Counted from the whole stretch's first letter, positions 25,683-40,002 are shown. The stretch: DNA of 62,909 nt, filler included, from Sluysia triapertura (GCA_046118255.1; 5 parts of 5 records of this genome joined end to end with filler, not necessarily neighbours in it), one strand, 5' to 3'. The notes: generated by a model from the sequence alone, not told the origin. Translations and numbers: made by a program.

Positions 25683-27287
25683 TATAATAATAATAATAAT
25701 TACAATAAAATCAATATTCACCAGAATAATATATTAGTCTGATTATTTACTGAAATATGTATATAAATAATATGTGCATAAATCTTTGTACTTTGTACAA
25801 CGAATAATATAAAAACCACATACCAAAAAAATAATAATAAAAATAAAAATAAAATTAAAAATAATATAAAATCAGATTATTAAGATTGTTTTTAATAATT
25901 AAAAACCTAATTAATTTTGATTTTAATATTAGAGTTATTTTAGTATAAGGTTTCTTCGTTTTTAATTATTTTATCTAATTATTTTATTTTTAATTAATTA
26001 TTTAAATAGTTTTTAAGTATTAATCCAAAAATTAATAGTAATAAAATATTTTGGCATTGATTTTGATTAAAACTTTAAAAGAATTCTAATAAGATTAATA
26101 ACAACTAGAATATAAAATTTAAAGTTAGAAATTTTAATCTTTTATTTTATGTCATAAGTCACTCGTACTTCAACCTTTTTTTATAAATTTATTGTAGGAA
26201 ATAATAAATTTTTGCTATTTCTTTATTATATTAGAATAAATTGTGATTATTTAATTGTATATGAAATTGTGTATTTATCAAGTATAAAGATTTTAAATCG
26301 ATTGTTTAAATTTATTAAAATTAAGTATCTAATTATAAAACATTTTGACAATAAATTTTAGAAATATTAATGTTCTTTTGTTTTCTCCAACAATTAGTTT
26401 GTCATTTACAGCTATTGTATTAAGGATGCTTAATTCGAATGATGATTATTTTTAAATGTTTACGTTTCTAAACTCCTGCGAAAACTTTTTTTGACAAATC
26501 ATATTAAAATTTCATTTTAATTAATAATTTAATCATCAGAATCTATGTAACAAATCTCCTGCGAATTAATTAATTAATTCTTTCAATTTATTCACACAAA
26601 ATTAATGAATAAAATATTTCAATAAACCAGTTCAATACCAATTAATTTATTGGTATATTTTTGTTATTATTCTTTCAGTTGCTTCAGTGCATTAGAAAGA
26701 ATAGTTGATTGTAAAAATTTCCAAAATTTTACATTTATATCATCTGTATAATTTCTAAATAACGCTATTTATCATTCAAAAAGAAAAATCAAGCTATAAT
26801 GACTGCCACAATTTCATTCGTCAAATGCTTCCTTTAAAATCAATTACTTTTAACGGTAAGTAATATTTAAATAAATGTAATGATACTAATATTTTCGATA
26901 TTAACTTTTATAATATAAATATAAAAATATAATAATTCAGACATTATTATGATAAACACCTACTCCATTACATGTGATTAATATATGTAATTTTACATAA
27001 AAGTTTGGAAAAAACGTATACGATACGAAATTCACCTTTAACTGAGTAAGTTAACTGTTTCATTGACGAGATTTATGAAAGGAAAACTTTCGAATGTACA
27101 AAATTGAAAATATTCTTAAAAAATGGATTTATATTTCCACTCATTATTTGTATAAGATTGATTTATTAAAAATGCTACTTATGTATTAATGTGAAATCTT
27201 ATTAGATATGATTTCTCCGTTTAACACCTTTAATACAATTTTTATCATCCTTAATATTATCTTTAATTATACTGATAATTTTTTTAA

Positions 27288-27289
<2 letters not shown>

Positions 27290-27338
<49 letters not shown>
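27290..27338. repeat. (TTA)n microsatellite
   Basis: Direct inspection. Confidence 0.95.
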
Positions 27339-27679
27339 GTCTCAATGAAATATCCATCTTGGTTTCAAATTTTTTTATTATTTCTAAAAGATATTAATGA
27401 CTTCCGTAATGTAAGCATTTGTAAATCATTGTCTTAATTTTAAATTCTATTCTTGCTTTTATTGGCAACCAATGTAATTCCTTAAGATAAGGTGTTACAT
27501 GAGATCATCTTCCAACTTCGAGAATTAGTCTTGTTGCTTGATTAATTATTAATTGTAATTTTTCACTCTTTTATATGAAACTGAGTACAACAAACCATTG
27601 TTAAATCTATGTTGCTAGTTATCAATGAATAAACAATAAGTTTAGCTGTTTCTTTATTAATAAATTTTCGAATATGTGA
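27338..27679 (-). mobile_element. L2/CR1-type LINE 3' ORF2 fragment
   Basis: Close DNA match to 33060-33365; encodes ELHWLPIKARIEFKI. Confidence 0.85.
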
Positions 27680-27779
27680 NNNNNNNNNNNNNNNNNNNNN
27701 NNNNNNNNNNNNNNNNNNNNNNNTTAATTAATTAANNNNNNNNNNNNNNNNNNNNNNNNNNNNNNNNNNNNNNNNNNNN
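27680..27779. other. Artificial contig linker
   Basis: N44-TTAATTAATTAA-N44. Confidence 0.97.
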
Positions 27780-27929
27780 CTCTCATTATTTTACTTTGAT
27801 TAAAATATTCTCTATAGTTATCTTACTATTTCAGTTCATCATAATGCCTCGTCTTAATTCTTTAATAACGTTCCACTTATCCTAAGTTTTGACCTTTATA
27901 TCAACCCTTGTTCTTCACTAATCCCAACA
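27780..27929. repeat. Dispersed repeat family D, copy 2
   Basis: Reverse complement aligns with 16077-16233. Confidence 0.7.
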
Positions 27930-27968
27930 AATATAATAGAGAAGTTTTTATCCTTTACTCTTATCTAT

Positions 27969-28017
27969 AAAATCCAACGGCTGGCCCTAACTGGTAAGTC
28001 TAGTACGTTGAACTCAC
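27969..28017 (-). repeat. Family B module
   Basis: Minus strand GTGAGTTCAACGTACTAGACTTACCAGTTAGGGCCAGCCGTTGGATTTT. Confidence 0.8.
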
Positions 28018-31000
28018 TTAAGTTAAGTTTTATTCTATCATTTTGATTTACTTTTCTCACAATTATAATGCATCTAACACATTTTACGATAGATACAAAA
28101 TTCAAACGTGACAAAATCGCATAAAATTTCTCTACCTACTCTTTTTGTAATTTTAGTAACTAATTTTCTTTTTTGAACCTTTCGCCGAATTTATTTGCCT
28201 AACTTTGTCTAATTTTATCGAATATATAATGAGTGGTGTGGGGTCCTCGATTTAACAACACAGAAAGTATATCCAAAGAATTAAAGAAGATAAAGTAATT
28301 GTCAAAAATTATAAATATGCACCAGAATTTTATAAATACGCACACAGACTAATTGTATAGGTATGGTGATTTTGTGATTTTTGTAAATTTGCGTAAAATT
28401 AAATAGATTGCAAAGTAGTACATTGATCGGTGACATAAATAGCTACGAAAATATCTAAAGAACTTATAATCGATTTTTTTCTAGAAAAAAACTAAACATT
28501 AATTGTAATTATATAATAATAAATATTAAATGAAAATACAAATCCAGTAGTTATAGAAGTTTGTACATAACTCAAAATAAATTTTATAAAATAAATGCTT
28601 TGGTTATTCTACATAAACATTCTTTGAAATTTGCCAGTTAAATTTGTCAAAATCGAAAAATTGGGAAATTTGAATAATCGAAGAGGAGAATTTAAATTTG
28701 TAAAAGTATAAGTTTGTTTGAAAATGTTAACGATTTCGGAATTTAAGTCTATCAAAATGTTTGGGGAATTTTAATCATTTATTTAATAATATCTTAATAA
28801 TAATTTAATAATATCTTAATGTCTTTTATGAAATATCTTTTTATATTTGATAACTACGAAAACTGATACCCATATTTTAATAGAAATTTGTAAACCAAAA
28901 TAACGGCAAACGGCAATACAAGCACAACTTTTAAAATATCCAGAAATATGTTTAAGTAAAAGCTCTGAAATTCATATCCTTTAAAATAATAGACCAACTA
29001 TGTACCACAATAATAACAATTGTTACAAAAGAAAAATCCCGCCCAAAAAAGAACAAAATACTTCTTCAAATAGGAAGCTTGACATGGATTTGGAAAACGT
29101 TTGAAATTGTAAACTTTGAGAACTTTTAAGACCTTATTAACTCTTAAGAATCTTTTAAACCTTGATAGTCATTTGAAACTTTTTAGGAATCTTGAAAAGT
29201 ATTTGAAATATTTAGAGAAATAAAATCATTGTTATGAATATAAAAGATAATATTAATATTAATAATTAACATAAAGAAATAGAAAAAAGATTCAAAGTGG
29301 TAAAGATGAAAATATCTAGAACTTCTGAGTGCCTAATAAAGTACTAAATAACTTTAAAAAACGTTAAACATAAAATAAGTTAAGTCTAAAAATAGATTAA
29401 TTAAAATCTTAATTAAATTAGTAAAGAAAACGTTATATCAAAATTTTAACTCTTGATATGAAGGAGGAAAATCTAGAATTGAATCTGAAATGCTTATAGA
29501 ATAATAACCTTAAATATTTTTCATTAGAAAACTTAATATGTAAAACTAAAAATTAATTGAATTCTAAAAACTAAAGTTAAATTCATTATTTTTATTTATG
29601 TTGACAATACTAGCGATTGTTATTTTAATATGAGAATTTAAGAAAAATTAGACTTAGTAGAGTAAAAGAAAGCAATAGTTGATCATTATGTTCTGTACCT
29701 ACTAAAATCTGACAGGCTGTACCATGTAATTGTCAAAGCTGTAATTGTGGGTCTAATCTTCAGAGGAAGTTCAAATGATTTGTGTAAGAGAATGTTTGAT
29801 TGAGAACTCAGAATTGATTGGATAAGAAAGTATAAAAGGAATATATACAATATACAATTTTAAAAACAATGGTTTATAAATTTTATTTAATAAATTTAGG
29901 GAAATCCCTTGTTAATTTATATTTAGAGAGAAAAATTGAACTGTAAACATTTAGGAGAATCCCTCTTTGTTCATTCAATAGTTTATTTTGTTATTAGTTC
30001 ATTATTTAATACTGTTTTATATTATTAACATTTCATAGTTGTTTTATTTGCTTTGAATATTGATAATTGTAAGATTAGTTAAATTCATTTGTCGTAAGTG
30101 TTTGATTATAATATTTGCATTATAACTGAGTTTGAATTTTATTTCGATTTACTGAATTTTTGAATTTAAAGTTAACATAGCAATTGATTAAATTAAATAT
30201 TTTAAAAGACGCCACATAAATATTTTCGAATTATTTGTGTAATGTACCATATAAATGTATAATTATTGGTCTCAGTAACTTATAAAAAATAAACTAAAAG
30301 TGCATTCAAGAATGATTATTTTTGAATTCGATTATTAGTTAGAAATAATAAAATAAATAACCTTTTAAAGTACCAATTATAATCCACATCATCATATTAT
30401 GAGGATGTCGTTTCATAGCCATTAAAACTCCTTTTTGTATTTTTTTAGTTCGTTGAATTTCTTTTAATATACACAAAAGGTATTTTACAGGACGTATTCG
30501 ATTTAATTTATATATTAAATCTAAGGGACAGTAATTTACAGCATACCTGTAATAAAAATAAAATTAGCATACTGTGAAAATATTTCCAAAATACATCAAA
30601 TCATATTTCAAAGAATTGTGAATCATATATATAAATTACATTCAACAAGGTAAACGAATTAATAGGTTTAAAGAATTATTCCAATATTTAATCGATCTAA
30701 AAAAATCACTGAATTAAAATTTGTAAATCTTGCTATATAAAAGATTTTTCGATTTTTACATGTTAGAGTTCACTTAAAAAAATCCTTAACAAATCTTATT
30801 TGGTTAGATGAAAATGATAATTCGCAACAGACGGTAAAGATAAAAAGCTTATGATCAGTATTTGATGGAACTGATTACGAATGTAATACATTCCGAACTT
30901 GATTTTAATGACCCAAAACTTAAATTATGAACTTTAAATCGATTACATAAAAATGATGCTGTAATCGATTACGATTGTTACTTTAATAGGATAATGCAAA

Positions 31001-31533
31001 ACTGCACATTTCAATTCAAATCAAACAAAAGTTACAGAAATGAATAATTATGACGGTTTACCTTATCCAATTTATAATCCAGATTATCATTTATGTATTC
31101 ACGGTCGACAGGTTACTTTTCCAGATCTGGTTTCAAAATAGGTAATTGCAATAAAACACAATGGAAAATTCTTAAAACATATGAATTTCTTGTCAAATTA
31201 TTTTGATTTTTAAATTAAATTAATTTATTAAATTAAATTAAATTAATTAAACTAAATTAATTAATTAAATTAAACTAAACAGAAAGATTTATTGAATTAT
31301 TTATGTGTTTCAGTGAATGATATATAATTTAATGAGTTCATATATGATCCAAGTCTTACAAAATAGCTGTTCACAGGATTATGAATAACTTATGGAAGTC
31401 AATAAGTAATCATATTTTCTAAAGTTGTGAAATGTCAAATATGAACACGTTATAAAATTATCTACTTCAAATTTTATTGTTATTAACTTGTTTATTGTTT
31501 AACATGTTTAAAAATCTCGACTGCAAGCATAAA

Positions 31534-31900
31534 TGGTTGGACAAAATGGCATCACCAAAACATATTCCAAAGCGCAATATTTATCAAAAGAATCTGATGG
31601 TGAGTGTCTGATGAAACCTGGCTTCTCAATCTCAGTAGAAATGCACTGCAAATGGACAAAAACATAGATTGAACAGATTGATCTTATTGCATGATAACGT
31701 TAGACCATGCAATAACGCTAGACCACAAGAATACTCACCAGAATTAGCCCATTTCTTCCGTAATTTGGACAATTTTTTAATAAGAAAACAATTTAATTCC
31801 GACAATGCTGTAATTCATTGACTCTCGCCTACCAGAGCTTTATACTATCGGCCTGAATAATCTGCCGTTTAATTAAATGGCAAGAGTGTGCACGCTTTGG
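31534..31900 (+). mobile_element. Decayed, internally deleted mariner transposase
   Basis: WLDKMASPKHIPK...QKNLMVSV, LILLHDNVRP, NARP, YSPELA, HFFRNLDNFL and KWQEC match recalled Hsmar1/cecropia-type motifs. Confidence 0.88.
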
Positions 31901-32836
31901 TGAATAAAACAATTATTTATATTTGTAAGTTATCAATTCTTTATACTTTGTCTTTTCATCCTTAATATATAATCATAACAATAATACAGACTAAAATTGA
32001 ATAATAACAAAGTATAATATAGAACAGAATCAACATCAATAATTACAAATTAACAAAGTGAATTTAAATATGGCCAAAGTTACAATACGGAATTAACTGA
32101 CACGTATGAAATGAAATTGGCTTTATAACGAAAATAATTATAATTAAGTGATTACGGATAAATTATTGTCGAATAGAATTGAAAAATTTTTCGAATGAAA
32201 AGTGTTTTTCACTGTAAAAACAGAAAATAAAACAGAATTGATATTGTCAAAGAATGTTTGAACATATCGTTCGAAATTATCTATCGTTGGACAATATTTA
32301 GAGATTAATATTGATATTAATTATTGAATCGGTTGATGTTCGGAAAATATCTTGAAATTAAAATACTATTTACATTATTTTTTTGTTCAAATTTAGACTG
32401 ATTTCGGCAATAGATTTAAGTTGAATAAATTCTTTCTTATCGAGACTTTGAAAGCTAATTTTAAAATTATTTATTCGAACTTAAATCTCTAAAATCAGAG
32501 ACAATTTAGAATTACGACTTCACAAATAAAGATTACTTATTTTAAGGTTTAAAAATTCATTTGATACCAATTAAGATTATTACGACTATTTTTCTGATAA
32601 TGCTAATATTAAATATTGGAACGTTAACTGAAGAGTCCTTACACAAGTTTTCTGATTGTAGTAGATCACAAAAACAAAATGTTAAAGTTTTATAAAGCGA
32701 TTATCATAAGCCATAAAAGGTCGATGAAGTATGATCAGAAAAAAGTCGTCGACCAAGGTAAATAGAATTTATAATGAGATATTAACTATTGAAGAAATTG
32801 GGCTGAAGCGAGAGAATAATGTGCTACAGTTGATAT

Positions 32837-33500
32837 TAATAATAATAATATATTAATTTATATTGCGCTCATATCTACTGCGTAAGTAAATCATTCACCA
32901 TAATATTTCTGAAACAGAAAGAACTTTGTCTTTTTCTTAACTATTTCATAATCTTCCAATAATTTGACATTCTCTGGTAATTGGTTGTATATTTTTGAGA
33001 CATAAAAGGTATACAAACTATTACCTAGCTTGTTATCACTTTGGATTCTGTATAGATTATTATGTCTCAATGAAATATTCATCTTCATTTCCAATTTTCG
33101 CATTATTTCTAAAAGATATCCGGGAATTCGGTAATGTAAGCATTTGTAAATTATTGTCATAATTTTGAATTCTATTCTTGCTTTTATTGGCAAACAATGT
33201 AATTCTTTAAAATAAGGTGTTACATGAGATCTTCTTCCAACTTGGAGAATTAGTCTTGCTGCTTGATTAATTATTAATTGTAATTTTTTCACTTTTCTAT
33301 GTGAAATGGAGTGAATGAATGAATGAACAATAAGTTTGTTTATTAATAAAATTTCGAATGTGTGATATTTTATTTAATTGATATTTACACTTTTTAACAA
33401 CACAATTAATATTTTCTTCTATGTTCATTTTTGAATCCATATAATAGCAAATATATCTCGTACTTTTTTTCGTTGTTTTTGTCGTTCTTTCGATGTTTCA
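32837..33500 (-). mobile_element. L2/CR1-type LINE 3' end with tail
   Basis: LQLIINQAARLI...HVTPYFKELHCLPIKARIEFKI is the typical ORF2 C-terminus. The 3' end GAGCGCAATATAAAT is followed by a short trinucleotide repeat. Confidence 0.85.
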
Positions 33501-36085
33501 GTTAAATCTAATGTTTGCCGTGATTATTAATCTATATTTTCTAGATCCTATCTTTCATTTTCAAGCTTTTCTTTGAGATACTTTAAAGTATTTTCAAGGA
33601 ATTTTTCGGTTTAGTTTATTTTTCTATGTATTAATATTTAATTATTTAATTTAGATTTAGTTTAAGATATTAATTTTTATTGATTTTTAAATTATGATTT
33701 ATAATAATTAAATAATGATATTGTAGCTTAATTAAACAATTTGATAATAGATATATTATTGAGTATAGTTTATATTATTGTTCTATAGCACAACATTAAT
33801 AACTTCACTTTTATAATGCTTATTACAATAATGATGACTTATTAAATTATATCTAACTAGTATCAAAATTACAGAAAAAATCTTCATAATTTTTGTTTAA
33901 AATAAAATAATAATATAAAATAATAATAATTAACATTATATTACAAAATTATAATTATTTTGAACCAAATTTTCAGTCAACACAAAATAAACAATTAATG
34001 TTACTATTTTTTATCCGTGATTTTTTGTAATTATTATTAATATTATTGTTATTATTATTGTTATGATCTAGTTTAAGTATGAGGACAAATTTAGGAACAA
34101 AATTAAAATTGAAACGAAATAAAATTTAAAATATGAAAATTTAATTAAGATATAAAATGGGAATGTTTATTTAAATTAATGTGACCTTGAAAAATTGATA
34201 TCGATGCTTAAATTAACAAAAATATTGATCAATACAAAAAACATTAAAGTTATTTAAATATCTAATTTGATAAATAACTAATGTAACAATATTAATATTT
34301 ATATTACATTATATTTTATTTATTTATATCGTCTTTATATCATTCAAAAGTTATTTTTATTTGGTAACTCAAAACTTTTGACGATTATTTAATAATTTTT
34401 GTTTAAATTTTGCTCAAGTTAAAAGTATTATACATCAAAATTTGTTTAGGAGCGTTGACTTTCAAAATTAAATTGAATAATTATTAATTAAAATAATAAT
34501 AATAATAACAAAATCCAAAATTAGACCTTAAAGTTAAAAAGTTTTCTAAATATACGTAATATTTATTAATATTATGCATATTAAAATAGTATAAATATAT
34601 GCTAAAATGTGCTCTAGAAAACAATAAGAAATAACATTATTTCATATTAATGGAACATTCAATTTACAAATTTAGAAACAAAAGCTAACTTAACTGATAA
34701 TTTATGACCTTTATTATAACATATTTTTAGTTTCCTGCCTGTTTTATAATCACATTCCGTCAACATTTTAAATAGCTAGTTAAATTATAATTAAAATGAA
34801 AGATAGGTTTAAAAGAAATCGATCTGTATTTCTTTTTTCATAATTTGTATATATTTTTACTCCTGATCATCATGTAGAAAAGTCTACAATCAGTTTACAA
34901 GTTTTCATTTCTTGGTGAAGGTTAAAATTATAAAATTTCCAATAGTAGAGATTGAAGTATTAAATTAAATCTAAGTTTCAAATTACTCTACTCAGAAGTA
35001 AACTGAATAAGAAGTCAATACAGTAAGATATATTAATATATAATTATATTAGATGGTTAAAAGTTAAGTTTTAAACTTAATTTAAATCAAATATTAATTT
35101 ATTAAAAATAAAGTTTATTTGTGAAATTATCTAAAATTTAATTCTATTAAAAAAACTTTATTAAAAGTAATAAAATTATTGTTAAAATTTAAATAAAATG
35201 TTATTTAAAAATTAAGGCAAAAAAGTAGTAACATAATAGTAAACAATAAAGTGAATAAAATAATAGTATTTAAATTAAGAGAGAAAAATAATAACATAAA
35301 TACTATAAAATAATGACAAAATACAGTGTAAATGAAACAATATCCAAAAAGTAATTTAACTATATATTACTGTATTACAAAAATAATTAAAAATAGTCGT
35401 TATTATTGAAAAATATATTTGAAGAAGGTGTTTGACTGCTGTTCGAGTCAAAGATATTTCAATAACTGACGTTTTATAATTTAAAGTACATTTTGTAAGG
35501 ATTCATAAATTCACAATTATTTACCAATCCTTTTAATAGGATTGAACGTAAACTCAATAGCTATAAGGACTTTTGTGTTTAATTATTGTTAAACTAAACT
35601 AAGTGTAGAGAAATAGAGATCTATATCATTTTTGTGACAAATGCATTAACATAAATCATTTGTGACAATTTGTGACATAATAAATATTTGCGAAACTATG
35701 TAAATAATAATGTTTTGATTATTATTTTATTTTGATCTGAAAATATAAATATTATAGATATTATAATAAATTTAAATATTAAGAAATATTAAAATAAATT
35801 AAATATCAAAACCAATAGAAATAAAAAATCAGTTTAAAAATTAGTTTAACTATCAGAGAATTTATTATTGGACGATTTGTTTAATCTCTTCAATAAAAAT
35901 AAATATAGTGTAATTCAAAATGGCGACGAAGAGAATATGATATAAATAGGAGTTTTATAGTTATAGCGAACATATTTTTTCGTTTCCTTACAAAATAGCA
36001 GATTAATCCAGAGAAGCAGTCCATATTTAAAGTAATTCGTTTACTTTTAAGTTGTTAAGAAAGTTAAAAATACACTTAAATTTGT

Positions 36086-37467
36086 GCAAGACCTTAATAA
36101 GGCTCGCTTAACTTAATTACTTAAAATAATACAAAAAATCACTAAGATAGTGATTCTTAAGTAATTTAAAAAATTGTTATCGATATTACATTTATTGAAT
36201 TTTTATTAACAGACTCTAAAGTTTTATATATTATATTTACATCTTGTTAGTATTACGAAGGTTTCTACCTTAAAAGCAAAAGAAAAAATCTCTGGAGGAA
36301 ATTTCAGCTAATTAGATACGGTTTATGTCACTAGTTGACGACGATCTAATTAGACTTCTTAATATGCAAAAGGAGAAAGTGGTAAGGTTGTCAGTTTTAG
36401 CTCTTAACAAAAATTAACTTTACTATATTAAGACAGCCTTTTTACGGTCTGTCAACTGTTAACTAGAATTTATATGTTAAGACAACCTTTATGCGGTCTC
36501 TCAAATATTGTAGTAATATAGAGATTAAATAAGCCTTTTTACGGTCTGATTAAATGATAAATGATTTTAAGTAAAAAAATGAATCAACTATATAAACTTT
36601 TATTATGTAAAAAGAAAATTCTATACAAGTAAAAGTCTCAAAAAATAAAATATATAGTAATGATAATAATTTTTCTTCCTTAAGCTTAAGGCTTAGGAGA
36701 TCAAAAGTACAGATTTTATGTTACAAGTTAACCTAGCCTTTTTACGGTCTAGGAAATTCAAGAGAGATTTTAAGGCAATTTTATTTATCCTATTTTATTA
36801 AGATTAGGATTTTAAAAATCTTATGTAATAATAAATTACTTTTTCATGAAAGTTTGGTATTTGGTATGTTTTTGGATTGTTTTCTTAATTAAAAATCTCC
36901 TGCTGATATGCTCCCTTAAATTGTGATTTTCAATTTTCTCTTGTCCTAATCCTAAAAAGTCTTTGCTTTTATGCTTAATTTACCTGGCTTCCGTTTTGTT
37001 TATTGACTATTAAAACAACATTTCCATATGTAAACAGAATTTTCATATTAATTTTATGTATCACAAATTTTTATTATTTCAAATATAATATTCAATAATA
37101 TTTAAATGGATAATGTTAATATCATAATATTGTATTAGAATATTGTTATAGTGAAATTGTTGAAATTGTTATAATAAGTATAATATTCCATAATATTAAA
37201 AAATATTAAAATCAAATAACATTAATGTTAATATCAGAATATAACAATAATATTAATATCAGAATATTGCCATTATATCACATTTAGGTATTATCCAACA
37301 GCGCCGCACCAACAAATCCTAGCAGTATTTTGTTATTCATTAGTTTCACTAGACCTTAATAAGGCTAGTTTAAAGTTTAAAATTTATAAAATCTTTTATT
37401 GCGTACGCTAGACCATAATTTGGCTAGCTTAATTGATTTATAAAACTAGACCATAATCTGGCTAGTT
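36086..37467. repeat. Array of eight bulged hairpins, core AG-A-CC-N7-GG-CT, in both orientations
   Basis: Units start at 36086, 36432, 36481, 36528, 36732, 37348, 37407 and 37444. Confidence 0.8.
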
Positions 37468-38871
37468 CAACGTTGATCCAATATAATCTGTATTAAAGTT
37501 TAACTGGATTGAGTAGTGCAACCTATAAATTGTTAGGTTCATTTAACATTAACTTGATTAGGCGTAAGGTAACGTATTAATTGACAAGCTTAGTTAGCAT
37601 TCTTCTAAGCATATTAAAAATCCTAAGAGACCACCTTCGGTCAGGTATAAGCCGTCTCTATTAGGTGAACTCACTCCAGATAAGAAATATTTTGCAAAAG
37701 ATTTTTTAATATAAAAACCACATCATAAGCAAATGAAGGTTTACTAATTTGTAAAGATGTACAGAAAAGATTTTTTTATATTTTTAATTTTTATATTTTA
37801 TTGTAAAAACTTATTAAATTATTATTATTTAAAAATTTCTCATACTAATTATATAAAAATTAAAAATTATTATTATTATTATTATAAATTAAAAAAGAAT
37901 TTAAAAGAAGATTCGAGAATGGTAAATTGTTTAATTACATTTAAATTAGTTATCTTTATGTGCATATAAAAACAGACATAAAAATCAAGAAACTACAAAT
38001 AATACTACGCCATTTTGAATAATACGACTTTGTTTGGGTTTGAGTCATCTACATTTTAATTCAATCATCGCCAGTAAAATCGACAATTTAACATCCCAGC
38101 ATCTGATCATTTTCTGTGAGCTCCAGTAATTCTCAAGTTCAAAATTCATTCAACGATATCATATCCTGCGTCTACGATTAGAGGGATACATTTTTCATTC
38201 GCAAGCAATCAATTTATTTAAAAGAAAGGGCAATCTGAGAACACGAATATTCATTATTAATTAATTCGTAAGTTTGTTTTACATAGTTTGGAAACTCACA
38301 ATGAGTTAAAATCTACACGCAAAATACTAAGTTTACGGTTGGTCCTTAATACCAATCACAAAATCACTTTGAAATATAAATTCACTACTCTTTAATTGGC
38401 CCTTAAGGTCAATTATAAAATCATTATTACAAGGTAGAGTCTAACACCTAGACCTTTATTATAAAAACTTTTATTTTCACATTATGGAATACGGTTACAG
38501 ATTAATTATTATTTAATTACGAAACTCAAAACAATAAAATAATAATAAATATCTGATTGTTAACACGTCATAAGAGATTTTAACGATTTTTGACGGTGTG
38601 GGACGCTGATTCTTTGGCAATTATTATTTACTATTAGAAGGAGATATCGAATCAGCTTGTCATGTCATATAAATAAAATCATTCCAGATATAATTGAAAT
38701 CTTTTACCGTGTTTCATGATGAATTCATAAGTTTATTTATATTAAGGTTGCACTATAATTTTTATTGTTAAAATAGACTTAAATTAACAATTTTTTTTCT
38801 GACACTCAATTTTAAAATCGGAGTAAATTTTGTAGAAATCCATAATTTTAATCTTGATTATAATAGATTAT

Positions 38872-38971
38872 NNNNNNNNNNNNNNNNNNNNNNNNNNNNN
38901 NNNNNNNNNNNNNNNTTAATTAATTAANNNNNNNNNNNNNNNNNNNNNNNNNNNNNNNNNNNNNNNNNNNN
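38872..38971. other. Artificial contig linker
   Basis: N44-TTAATTAATTAA-N44. Confidence 0.97.
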
Positions 38972-38986
38972 TTATTATTATTATTA

Positions 38987-39047
<61 letters not shown>
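38972..39047. repeat. (TTA)n microsatellite
   Basis: Direct inspection. Confidence 0.95.
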
Positions 39048-39439
39048 CAATTCTTGAATTTTTAATTGATTCCTTCATGTAATCCTGAATAACTTTTGGT
39101 CTTGTTGGTGTGTCATTTGTACGTTCAATTGTTTATATGGATTAGAATAAGATTAAAAAAGAATCTTCTAAGCTTCGACAAACGTTTTTCTGCTTGATGT
39201 CTATAATTGATTCATTATTTTCATTTAAAATAAAGAGTACATAATTCTTCAGAATGAAGTTATATGTCAATTTGATTAGTAAACATTTGTAACAAATTAA
39301 CAGTTTGATCATTAGTAGATAATTTATCTTTTCGTAACATTATTCAACATTTTTCCAATACGATACTTCATCATTTAAATTTACTATAGAAAAATGTACA
39401 TTAACCAAAAACTGATTTACGTTGATAAACCAGAAGACT

Positions 39440-39720
39440 GTGTACAAGCCGCGGCTTTTCTAAGAAAAAAGTTGTTTTTGTAAAAAACGAATTTAGTTTG
39501 TGAAAAGTGAAGTATAACATAATTTTTAAATAATGGTTTAATAGGTTGACCTTTATAAAGTTAAAAAGAATCATTAAAATTATATATATAAATGTATATC
39601 CAAATGATGCTTAAAAATATTCAAATATTTATGTTCAATGGATAAGCCACGGCTTATCTACAGAAAAAGATCGTTTTAAAAAAATTTATAAGATGCAGTT
39701 TATACACATGTGCACCTATA
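39440..39720. mobile_element. Possible pogo/Tc2-type MITE remnant
   Basis: Palindromic AAGCCGCGGCTT and ATAAGCCACGGCTTAT motifs, similar to TATAAGCCAC next to the TIR at 41199. Confidence 0.35.
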
Positions 39721-39932
39721 ATTTGTTAGGATAAATAAATTCCTTAAGAATATTGTTTAAAAGTTGGAATGAAAATTTCATTATCATAGTTGTCGTAATG
39801 GAAATGAAGTTGTAGAGAGGTTTTTTTAAAGTTGAGTATGAGAAAGGTTGTAAAGTAGTTAAAGTTTAAGTAATTTAACTTAAGGATTTACAATAAAATT
39901 TTGTGCAATAAGTTTGTACAATAATTTTAATT

Positions 39933-39940
<8 letters not shown>

Positions 39941-40000
<60 letters not shown>
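39941..40000. repeat. (TAA)n microsatellite
   Basis: Direct inspection. Confidence 0.95.

Positions 40001-40002
<2 letters not shown>

Noticed and set aside
29688-29760. Metallothionein-like CNCQSCNC
   Set aside because: Too short, has an in-frame stop, and no gene structure.
31609-31645. Hammerhead CTGATGA...GAAA
   Set aside because: No stems; explained as mutated Trp codons of the mariner relic.
36432-36551. CRISPR array (palindromic repeats at 48-49 bp period)
   Set aside because: Only three periodic units, repeats vary, others are inverted or scattered, no cas genes, and the context is eukaryotic.
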